Assembly: GCA_000708835.1 (NCBI GenBank)
Contig: DF237116.1
Coordinates: forward strand, 62,001-126,000
Direction: 5' to 3'
Length of the DNA: 64,000 bases
Origin: Klebsormidium nitens
Lineage: Eukaryota; Plantae; Klebsormidiophyceae
In this document: positions 53,488 to 64,000 of the stretch, piece by piece
Layout of the letters: the number at the start of each line of letters is the position of its first letter
Position numbering within the stretch: the stretch's first letter is position 1
Position numbers and translations under genes: made by a program
Notes under the pieces: model-generated
Database searches by the model: none
What the model was told of the DNA's origin: nothing
What the model saw: only the letters and a program-made list of their open reading frames with translations

Positions 53488-54243
53488 TACCGGTATGCAC
53501 CCCGTGTGTACCCCACCCTAGCAAATTCAATAAGCATACCTTACACAGTTGCTGTACAGTTGCTGTACTCGAAGCCTGAAGAGTAAAGGAGAGTCCAAAT
53601 CCCCTGGTGGAATCTCAAGAAGTTCCAGCTTGCTAGACTGGACTTGAACTTGAAGTTGAAGGCCTTCCCAATTGTCATCAGGGAGGCAATGGACAGGGCG
53701 GAATGGTCACCGCAGAGCATGACTCGGAGCAGATCACTGCAGCTCTCTGACCTCTGGAAAAAAGGGGGGAAAAAAGATGGTTCAACTTCAAGGCAGCCAG
53801 TTGAGCGTGTTAGCCAGCAAAAGCTGCAAAGGTGGAGATGATTGGAATGTCTGATCTGACAATCTAATTTCCCAAGAAAAGTTGCACTAGCGGATGAAAT
53901 TTGAACACGAGGAATGGGACAGACCTGGCGCTGACTGGGGAAAATAGAATGGCGCGCTGTGGTAAAACCTTCTGTACTCCCCTACCTCAAGATTCTGGCA
54001 AGCAGAGTCCGTGGTAACATCCGTCTACATTTTTGGGGCAACCCAAACACAAAGCTGGGAAGCGATTGGGACGTTCCACCACAGTCAGAGCAATGCTTGG
54101 AGTAGCACCTTAGCACCATTTGAGTGGAGCTCTTTACTTGAGAGGCTTCCGCTGGACCTAAATGGGTCTTCGTAGTGTGTGAAGGTACGCAAAATGTTGG
54201 CATAAGCTTTGTGGATGAGCCTCATAGCTTATAGCGCCCCGCG

Positions 54244-57200
54244 ATGGAGCTCCCCCGGGAGGTCGCTGACTGGCTCGTCGCCTGCGGCGCCCTTTTACAC
54301 CCCGAGACTGGCCCTTCACGGAGCACTCGTAATGTGACGTCATCAGCTGACGTCAGCACGTTCGTCCACCTCGACGACGATGCGGCGGCGCGCTTCGAAA
54401 CAGGTATCGGGACCGCAGCTTTGGTCCGAGTTTTGCTGCAAGAGAAAGGGCTTCCGGAGGCGAATCTGGACGGTTTGCGAACGGCGTCTTCTCCGGTGGC
54501 AAAGCTCTTCAACTGGAACAAGCTGAGTCCGGCGTTAGCGGCGTTGGGCGTACCGTTGGATAGTGAGACAAAGTCGCTGATTTTGGCGGGGGACGTCGAT
54601 GCGGTGGGGGACATACTGTCGGTGTTGCACCAGATGCACGGGGACGTGTATGCAGACAGGATAGTCAGTGCGCAGACTTTGGAAGAAACAAAAGAGAACG
54701 AACGGGGAGGCACAGATGGTGATCTAGAGCGGGCGGAAAGGAGAAGCGGGGGGGCAGATACTGGAAAAGAGCTGGGTAAAGAGTATGCAGATACGAGAGG
54801 TGGCCCGTTGGACGAGTCTAGGAATGAGCGGGGAGAGTCCAACGCAAATGGTAGAAAGGGGGAGGTTTACGGAGGTCAGGAGACAGAGGATTACGTCATA
54901 AACCAGCTTCATAACCAAAGCTCCCGAAAACCAGCTCAGAATGGCAGGTCTAGAAAGAGGGACGAAGAAGAGGACGAGGAGGGCGAGTCGGATGCACACG
55001 GGGGTGAGGGGAATGAGTATCTCGAAGGCAAATCTACCCCGCCGGAAGAGAGGATTGATTGGAGTCGGCTAGCCAGCACAAGCGGACGCCCCTCGAGCCG
55101 ACTGTCAGATATAGAGCCCAGACAGGAACGGGCAGCGGGGGGTGAAAATACTGCCAAACAGAGGGAGGGGGCATCGAACGAACCAGAATCGGGGGCCGGC
55201 GCAGGAGGGATGGAAGTCTTGGCTCGACTTGCATCAGATAGTTTTGCGGTGTCATTGTTAGACGCGGCTACTCGGTTGGCCGGAGGAGACTTTGCAGAGT
55301 GGATCGTGAGGGGGGGCACGGAAAACGAGAAAGTTTTGGTGTGGCTTGAAAAGGTGGCGGAAAGCGCCGGTGTCATAGCCGCCGCAGCTGTCGCCGAGCC
55401 GTCCGACTTGACACAAGTGCTCTCGGTCGTGAGCACGGGCATGGGGTTCGGCAGCGCTGACGTCATCTTCGCCACGTGTCAGGCCCTGGCTGGTCTTGCA
55501 AGAGCTCTCCCCGAAGATACGTGCACAGACTGGTTTTTGAGCGAAGCGGGCCCTTTACAAGGCCTTACGGACTGCTGGTTAACCCACCGATCGAGCCGGT
55601 CAGCGGGCGGGTTAGCCGAACTAAGCTCATCTTTCTGTGGGGGAATGATGAGGGCCCTGTTTCAAGATAAGTTGCACGAGGTCCTGCCTGAGGCGGCAGT
55701 GTACATGGATGTGACGGAAGCGATTTTGGGGCCTCTCGGGAAGAACCACACGAGCAGAAAAGCGCTTGCCGCGGCAGGAGTGCCGGGAGACCTCACAGCT
55801 TTTGCGCTGCGGCATCTGGGTGAGTGTGATAAGCTCCGTTTCTGTCCGTACGTCTGCAAAGGGTCAGCAGGAAAGGGGTTTTGAGCCCAGTATGCGCCCT
55901 TGGATTCTTCTCAAAGGCAAGGGCGATCGACCGAAGGCTTTTGCATAAGCTCTTGTAACTTTGTTGGGAAGAGAGGCGCTTCAGTTTGTTTGCATCAGCA
56001 ACGCACAAAGAGTCGAGGAATAAACTACAAGCCTTGTATCCATGGTAAAATTCTTTGGGTGACTGCCCTCTAAATCGCAACCTTTTCTTATGAAGTTACG
56101 TCGTCGCATCTTTCGCATGCCACCAACGAATATAGTTTCCGGTAACTTAGCCTAAACCGTTTCTCGGAATACATTTGTGAGAAACTCTTCTGATTGTAAT
56201 TACCGCCGCCGCCCATCTTTGCAGGTAACGGCCAGGAGGAAGGGGTAAAACTGGCGGCAATGAGCCTTGTGACAGCGGTCTGGGCTCGTTTCCCAAGCCA
56301 GGTCCGTGATCTAAAGCTCCCGTTTCGAGGATAGGTGCACACGATTGCATCTGCTTGCTGTATCATCGGCAGAGGTTGCTGACCAGTCGAGAAATGGAGC
56401 ACTTTGTTTAATAATCCGTATCAGAATAAATAGAAGAGCCAACTCTATCCCGTTTCGTTGTAGAAAAGACGACCTAACTTGCCTCGCGACCTGAAAGCGT
56501 GGGTGCTGCGAGGCTAAATCTTCAGAGCCCTTTGTAGACCAAGACTTTAATGGAGGAAGAAAAACGGGCACTCTGTTTTAAGCGGCAGGTTGAGAAAGTT
56601 TTCATTTGGTGCGCTTTGCGGTGTCCATTCTTAAGCGTGCATTCTGCAAGTCTGTGTCTCACCGTTGTGGAAAAACTGCCAGCACGAATGAATCCAAGTC
56701 TCAAAGCGCTGTTCTTCTCTTTAGTTTCTTTCATTCGCTGTTCAAGTTTGTGTAGCTTCCGTCTACTGTCAGGTCGAGAAAGATGACGACTGGTGCCGCT
56801 TTCCGTTGTCCATTCTCAAGCGCCCCTCCTAAAAGCCTGGCTGTTATTCGAAGTGAAGCAGGTACTGACACAGACAATGAAGCTTCAAAGATCTATCATC
56901 TCCAATTCTGCTCTTCCTCCCCTTCAAAGTCATCAAGCCTTCCTATGATTGACAGGTTTGAAAACCACAGAGTCCTGTTTCTTTCTTGCACTCTCCGTGC
57001 TCAAGCGGATTGTGCGGCAGAGTCACGTCAGATGTGGTATCACCGAGTACCATGAAACGCAAACAAAGCTTCGGTCGACGCGCTTACCTGAATCCCCTCT
57101 TTCTCAACCTGAAGATTGAAAAGTCTTCCTTTTTCTGGCAGGTTGAGACAGACGAGAACCTGTGTTGCCTCCCAATCTCCAGGCTTAAACGCGCTTTTCC

Positions 57201-60200
57201 GCACAGCAAAGCATGTTGAGAAGCAAGACCACCAAACACCAACAACCGCAAGCAAGCTTTGATTGAAGCGGCTTATCTTGCCCCTTCCTTTATCTGTTTT
57301 CTGATGAAGTTCTCCCTTTTTTGGCAGGTCGAAAAAGACGAAGACCGGTGTCGCCTCGCAATCTCCACGCTTAAGCGCGCGTGTCGCGACGCAAGTCCGA
57401 CCCTCCAGCTGGCAGCGCACGGCGCGCTCTTTCGACTGCTCGACGGCTTCATCGCCGCCGGCTCCGCTTTCGCGCCGCGAGTTTACAAGGTGCTTCCGCA
57501 TTTCATTGCCCGTCATGAAGCATAAGCTTAACTTCTGTCAAGTATCGGTCTTAGTCAATCGAACATTCTAGAATTTCCTATACGAAAGTGTCAATATCTT
57601 AGGCACAGAAACCAGGTCTTCTCGCCACACTTCAGAAATCACTTTTTTTGAGAGGCACAGCACGCTTGTCCGATGCTCGAAAGTCTCTTGTCCGGCTGCG
57701 CGTTTTCTCCGCGGGTAGTCAAGCGGCCGATATTCTTCGTAATATCGTGGCGAATTCCTTCGTAAAGTTGCGTACATTTCTTCATGGCGGGTGTTGGTAC
57801 CTGGCATCTGATCAAAAGCTCCCCTCTTGATGACTTTTTAGCCCAATAGTCTGAAGAACGCATAAACCGTGACGACAAGACCCATAATCTTTTAGTCCTC
57901 GGATCGACTACCCGTAGGCCTTTCTCTTCTCCTGGTTCCGGCGCGACCTCCAGTTTTCGGCCGCCTCCGACCTCAGCCGCTTGGTTCACTATATGCTCAG
58001 ATGCATTCCATGCAGGCCTTTCTCGTTCCTTCTTCGAGCACTTTTCCCGGCCCGACGTGCACGCCTCGTTCGTTTCCATTCTGAACCACGTCCTGACCCG
58101 CCATCCTTTAGGATTACGATCTTAGAAAGGCTGGGAAACCTGAAATCATTGACCACGGGAATCCACGGTTTCTGAGTCCTCAGGTTCCAAGTCTTCACTA
58201 CCCGCAGGCACTACTCGTCTCGTTCTTCCAGCCCGACCTGCACGCGTCCGTCGTTTCCCATCTGAGCCACGTCCTGAACGCCAGCCATTGTTGTTACGGT
58301 CTTCAATTGGATATTTGAGTCTGGATTCTACTTCTGCTCAAGAGTGCTTTTTGCAGGCACTCCTCATCTCCTTCTTCGAGCACTTTTCCCGGCCCGACCC
58401 TCCACGCGTCCGTCCTAAAGGCAAAACCCTATCATTCCGGTCCTCAACTATAAATCATGTACTCTGAATAGAAGAATTTGAATTCTCCTCATCCTCAAGT
58501 TTCATTCCCTACAGGCCCTTCTCGCCTCCTTCTTCGAGCACTCCTCCCGCCCCGACCTTCACGCGTTCGTCGATTCGAACTGAGCCACGTCCGTACCCGT
58601 CACCTTTATCATCTTAATTTTACAACGGGGTTTGTACGACCATTTTCCAAGCATCATCACACTAATGCTCATCCTTTTTCTGCAGGCCCTTCTCTTCTCT
58701 TTCTTCGAGCATTTCTCCCGCCCCGACCTCCACGCCTCGGTTGTCTCCAATCTGAGCCACGTTCTGACACGCCATCCGACCGTCCCGGTCGGGCCCATGC
58801 TCGAGCCGCTCGCGCGCCACGTGGCGCTCCACGGCTTCTCGCCGCTCGACACCGACTTCTTTCTCGTGCTCGCTAGGTGGGGAACCAGCTTTCCACAGGA
58901 CTAAATTTTGAAGCACTGCATTCCGGCGTCTAAACGGTAACGCGTAGTGGGTTTGGAAGTGGGCAGTTGGATCCAAAAATAGGTTTGTGAGTTTGAAGGC
59001 TTCCTCGTAAGCAGGAGAGAAGCGCTAAACGACAGGGTTTTTGAGGGGACAGCAGCGCGAGTGACAGGAATGCAGACCCAGACATCCCTGCAGGACAAGA
59101 TGCAACTCTTTGCGTCAAACTTGCTATCCCGGTTCTAAGCTACTGAGGCAGCCCTGAGCCGTCGGATGCCTTCCAATTTTTGATCGTACGGTCGAATATC
59201 AGGAACCTTGTTCGAGAATCTGGAAACCGGATGGCAACAACGGAAACAACTGTATACGGGCTAGTACTTTTGGTAACTGTCAGGAGGCGTGGCAACAAGT
59301 GCCGTTATTCGCGCCTCCCAAATTACTGACTTTCCAACCGCGTGCGCTTTCCGCAGGCACCGCCATGTGGACGCCAAGCAGGCGGCCCAGCTCGTATCCA
59401 TGCTGGGCCATATCGTATTGCACAGCCCGCGATATGCCCCGGACGTCCTCCCGGCTCTCACCGGGGTTCTCTCCCGGTTCCCCGAGCCGGGGCCCGCGGC
59501 CGAAGCGCTCGCGTTGTTTTGCAAAGAGGGTTTCGAGGCTTTGGTCGGCTTTCTCCTAAGGTGAGAGCAAACGAGGTTTTGATTTCTGGAGCAAGCAATT
59601 CTTCAGAATGGTGTGCAGTTATGCAAGAAGGATATCTTACAACGGTATGAAGGCTGTCAACAACTCACTAATGACAGGAAAGTCGCTCTCGGCGAATCGC
59701 GTCAGATTTGGAGCACATTTAAGGAGTATTTATGAGCTTACATGTGGGTTACGTACGCCGTTCACGATAGGAAGAATCCAACTTGAATCCAACCTGAGCT
59801 CTCTTCGATCAAGCGGCCAAGGGTTGATCGTTGTCTCAAACGAGCTCTCAAAAAGGCGCGCTCTTTGATTGAAAACGTAAAGTACTTCTGAAAGGACCCT
59901 TGACGCTCAACCTCCCCTGCTATCACTTTTCTGATGATGGATGACCTGCCTTAAACTGCATTCTTCTTTTACAACGCAGGCCACAAGACAGTCCCACCCA
60001 TCCCCCGGTCACCGAGGTCCTTCCCCCAGTCCTCATCCAAATCGCGCGCACGGGTTATCCCCACCTGATTGCCTGCCTCCAAGAGCGCGCCGCGGCCGCG
60101 CGCGCGGACTTCTGCGCTCGCGCGCGCTCCGCGGCCGCGCACCCCGTCCTCGAAAAGCTGGTCGCCGCGCTAGAGGCGTCCCAGGCCGGGCCGTCCGCAA

Positions 60201-63200
60201 ACCCGCCCGCTAACCCGACTGTTTTGAAGCCGCAAACGGGAGGGTTTGTAGTTAACGAAGGCGCACGGAAAAACGTACCGAGCTGGGGTCCGGGGCGGCT
60301 TCTGCTGAAAATGGCGGACGAGGCAACGGAAGAGTCTCCGGCGGAAACTCCCAGGACGGAGCGTGTGAATAAGCCCAACAGGACGGATGGTGTGAATAGG
60401 CACCTCAAAGCCCCCGGTAGTCTAGCACGCGGGGAAGAACCGAAGCAAGCACCGCAAGCGAAACGGGGGGTCTTGCCGGAGCTGAGAAAGAGCGGCGCGC
60501 GGAGCCCATTGGAAAGCAGCAAGGCTCAGGGTGACGTCAGTACGACGTTAGGTCACCGTTCGAAGCAACCCCCGGGTCAACCCCTCTCCCCGAAGCCGCT
60601 GCCCGGTGCTTTGTCGCCCAAACCGGCCACGTGGCAGAAGGAAAGAACGGTGGGTGACGTCAGCGCGACGTCACCCGGCCTGGGCAGCTCCCTGGCGAAG
60701 CGAAACCTGCTCGACCCGGCGTCTCCTAACCACTCGGTTAATGATAACCCCGGCACTTTGGCTCCGTTAAAAGACTCACTCAGCCGCCCCGGTCAGAGCC
60801 CGGTGACGAAGAAGTTTGTTTTTGGGCGTACCATCATTGTCAAAAGTGATGACGTGGACGACCGCGGGTTTTGGGCGAGCGGGGAAAGTAACGCGGCGTC
60901 CCCGGTGCATCCCCCTGGGTGGTGGGCGGAGCGGCGAAAGATTGAGATTGAGAAAATAAAGAAGGCCAGGGCAGAGAAGGTGGGCACGCCCGGTGCCGAA
61001 GCACGTGTCGATGCACTGGTTGCTTCTTGGGCTGTTCGTACGACGCATTTGCTATCTGGGTTCTTTCCCCAAAGTGGCTTCACTTCTGAGGGTGATCACG
61101 CGTTCCCGTTCTCCATATAATTGAAGGTTGCAGTCAAAAACATTGTTTTCCAAAGCCTTCCGTCCGCTGCTTGGATTTTTTGTTCGGGAAGGCGATGCTG
61201 ATGATGACCAAGCTACGCCAATGGAAATGTGATATTCCAATGGAATATTGGGATTTTCCCCGCTAGAAATTGGATTATTGAGCAAGATATTTTCAAGAAT
61301 CTGGAATATGGGGGTTGAAATTTTTTGAGATTTGAATATCCAGTTTTAACTAAACGGACTAGATAATTTTGCATTTTCAACGTTCATGTTCAATATTTTG
61401 CAGGAATATGGAATATTTCAACGCCAGGAATTGGAAAATTGCCCAATTTGGAGCTAGGAATATGGAATATCGAAACCCATATATTCTCCGGGGCCGACCA
61501 TCTACTTGTTGAATAGATTGAAGGTTTCTGAGACACAGATCTCAATGAACAGCAGTGCTCGGTCAGGTCAAGTGAGTTGATAAGCACCTGATAAGCGACG
61601 GACTGAGGGGATTCTGTCCTCGAAACGTGGTCCAGAATGGTAGAATTTAGAGTTTCGCCTCAAAGAAAGTCTTCTTCCTTACGGGTTTGTCACCCTTCGT
61701 TTACAGGCTGCCCAAGAGCAAGAAGAGCACGACAAACAACTGGCAGAGGAGATCCGCCTCAAGGCGCTGCTCCGGCGGAAGCGGATGATGGAGCGCCGGA
61801 ACCGCGATCCGGCGGAAGGCCACGAAGGCGACACGTCAGCGGACGGCGCCACGTCATCAAGGCGCGCGGGCCGGACACGCGCGCGCTTGAAGCCTCTCGA
61901 GAGCGGATCAGAGGCACCGGGAAGGCGCCGGTCCAAAACGGAACGGAACCGGAACAGCCGGGAGCGGAAGAGCAGGGCGAAGAGAGATGAAGTGGATCAG
62001 GTGCTGGATGACATCATTGGTGTCGTCAGCGCGGAGAGCGAGGTGGAGGAGCGCGGACTCCGGGCGAGGGCCAGAGCGGAACGGAAGCAATCGAGATTCG
62101 TACAAGCGCAGTCGAGCACGGAAGTGAGGGGCCGGGATAGAAGAACACCTCGTGAAGAGCGGAACGGGGGGAGCGGAACGGAAAGAGACGAAATGAAACG
62201 GAAGGAAGATAGAAGTCGCAGAGAAAGGTCGCGAGCAGTGGAATCACCGGCCAGCAGACACAAAGACACGTCATCATCTCCTAGAAGAGGAAGGGAAGAC
62301 TCGTCAGCTTCGCCGGATCGACACCGGAAAGGACCGGTAGACTCCCCCGGCCGCGGGGCAGACCGTAACCGTAACCCTAACCCTAACCATACCCACAATC
62401 TGCCTAACCTAACCAGCCCGGGCTCCGTTCCCCGGTTCATGTCCCCGCTCGGCAAACCGCCAAACCCCCCAAACCCCGGTTCCGCGGCCGCGTCGCCAAA
62501 GCCGAGGCCGCCCAAGCCGCAAAATCACCAGGGGGGTACACCGACGGCGACCAAGCTGGCGGAAAAGGCTCTGCGTTTGCCCCGGTTGGTCGCCCCCTCG
62601 GGCACTTCTACGCCCCGGTCTATGGGCGGCGGGTCGGAGGCCGGGACGGCAACGCCGGGGGGTGGACCGCAGGCGGAGCATCCGGCGGCGAAGGCGTTGC
62701 GGGTAAGTCGGTTCTAACATTCCAGTTTTCTCTGTCTCTCGCATCGGAATCCTAGGACAGTTTTCTTAACTTGATGCATGTACGTGCGCGTCTTCTTTGA
62801 CGTTCAAGCAACAGCGTTGCGGGTAAGTCGCAGTCGAAGCTGCAGAGCTCTTTTTTCGTATCGTAGATTTTAAAACAGTGTACTTGATCTGACTCGTTGT
62901 ACATGCGTTTCTTCGGTGCGTTTGAAAGGAGAGTGTAAGGAGAAATCACAGATTTTGGGTCGCTTCTTGACCGACAGACTGAGGAATGTTGAGCTTGAAA
63001 GTGCGAGGTTGCCAGGGTTTGCGGTCCGCTCTCCGGCCGAATCTTGGAGATTCGCCCAGCGTATGAAGCGGACGCAAAGAGTACGTAATCAAAGAAAATC
63101 CTCTCGCAAGCAGGCCGTTGCAAATCGAACGTAGCCAGATCTGAGAGCGCATCCCTGAACCCACAATTTTGCTGTTGCAGATCCGCCGCGAGAAGCAGCG

Positions 63201-63357
63201 CCTTGCGGAGGAAGCCGCCAAGAAGCAAGCGGAAGAGGAGGAGCGGCAGCGGCGGAAGCGGTTCGAGGCGCACGCGGTCCGATTACGGGACGAAGCGAAG
63301 CGGTACCAGGAGCAAAAGGCGGCGCGCGAGAAGGCGAAGCTGGACGCGGAACGCAAG
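54244..63357 (+). CDS. Large uncharacterised protein: N-terminal CH_2/SPEF-like domain, acidic linker, alpha-solenoid-like middle, disordered region, C-terminal charged coiled coil; continues past the window end
   Basis: Phase-consistent exons 54244-55819, 56225-56301, 57328-57489, 58686-~58875, ~59358-59560, 59980-~60980, 61707-62702, 63181-~63357. Motif AKLFNWNKLSPALAALGVPLD..KSLILAGD. The gene model is well supported; the domain calls rest on recalled similarity only. Confidence 0.65.
56580..57380 (+). repeat. Five-site acceptor array with 183-186 bp period
   Basis: CAG|GT(C/T)(T)GA at 56588, 56772, 56955, 57141 and 57327 (true). The 56955 copy is heavily decayed. Confidence 0.8.
58010..58780 (+). 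repeat. Five-site acceptor array (CAG|GC...CTTCGAGCA...CCCGACC)
   Basis: AG at 58015, 58207, 58356, 58514 and 58685 (true). Confidence 0.9.
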
Positions 63358-64000
63358 GCACGTGTCTTTTCGACCATTTTATTTCTGCTCGAAACCAGAA
63401 TACCCTATGGGTTAACCCTGTAGAAGAATTCGAGGAGATGTGTCTCATCCTACTTTTCCCAGCTACCAATGGGGACGAAAAGGTCATGCACGAAATGGCG
63501 AAGCCGGACGCTGAACGCAAGGCACGTCGCTTGTTTTCGAAAGGATCTGCTGTTTGGATAGTCGCAATCAAAAATCTGTGACCGAGGTACGTTCCAAGTC
63601 GCCCCCTCTTGAAGACGAGTAGCGAGCAAGGACTTTCTGGAGTGCGTCTGGGACAAGACTGACACTACACATCCCTTCCGCGTGGCTTAGTGTGCCGGCC
63701 TTGAAGACAAGGGAAAGCGATTTACCTTTGAATTTCGCAGTTCCTTTGCCGTGAACATGGGCCGAAGTACAAGTTACTAGAATCACTTGTTTTTGCAGTG
63801 TTTAAATCCATTTCCATTTGAATCCTCTCGAGCTCGAATGCCCACACGTTCTTAGTCAAGCGCCGTCGTTAGGAACACCGTCTCAAACACAAAATGTTGT
63901 TGAGAACGAGCAGAAGATCCCACGAGAACGAGGGCTGAATCAAGCGCCCTCCTAAGGATATGCAATCCTCTGATATGACAAGTCACTGAAGCAGATCCTT

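Noticed and set aside
61200-61490. AT-rich intron stretch with repeated GGAATAT
   Set aside because: No clear TIRs or regular period; likely a decayed minisatellite.
63355-63366. Possible GC-AG donors (AG|GCACGT) here and at ~6029
   Set aside because: A canonical GT lies 4 nt downstream in both cases, and at the lipase it gives the correct phase. A GC donor is not required.
1-64000. Functional gene cluster or prokaryotic-style system (CRISPR, operon, defence island)
   Set aside because: The six genes are unrelated and intron-rich. The repeat arrays are exon-derived, imperfect and lack unique spacers. No cas, transposase or RT genes were seen.

Overview
Eukaryotic, intron-rich nuclear DNA. 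Gene content and compact GC-rich exons point to a green-lineage alga, most plausibly a streptophyte alga such as Klebsormidium (inference, not verified). Six multi-exon genes were reconstructed by hand from splice sites and reading phase: a class-3 lipase (-, 3' end off-window), starch branching enzyme SBE2 (-), an AHK1-like hybrid histidine kinase (-), a three-RRM RNA-binding protein with a TDP-43-like RRM pair and a prion-like middle (+), mitochondrial ribosomal protein L3 (-), and a large CH_2-like/helical/coiled-coil protein (+, 3' end off-window). There is also a TA-flanked MITE, a second small inverted-repeat element and one assembly gap. The most striking unexplained structure is a pervasive, polar pattern of 'exon-edge echoes'. 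Decayed tandem copies of acceptor+exon start lie upstream of real exons, and copies of exon end+donor lie downstream. Arrays hold up to five splice sites, all measured units are under 200 bp, many echoes keep intact AG/GT decoy sites, several differ mostly at synonymous positions, and one is folded into an antisense hairpin. All coordinates and counts are manual.
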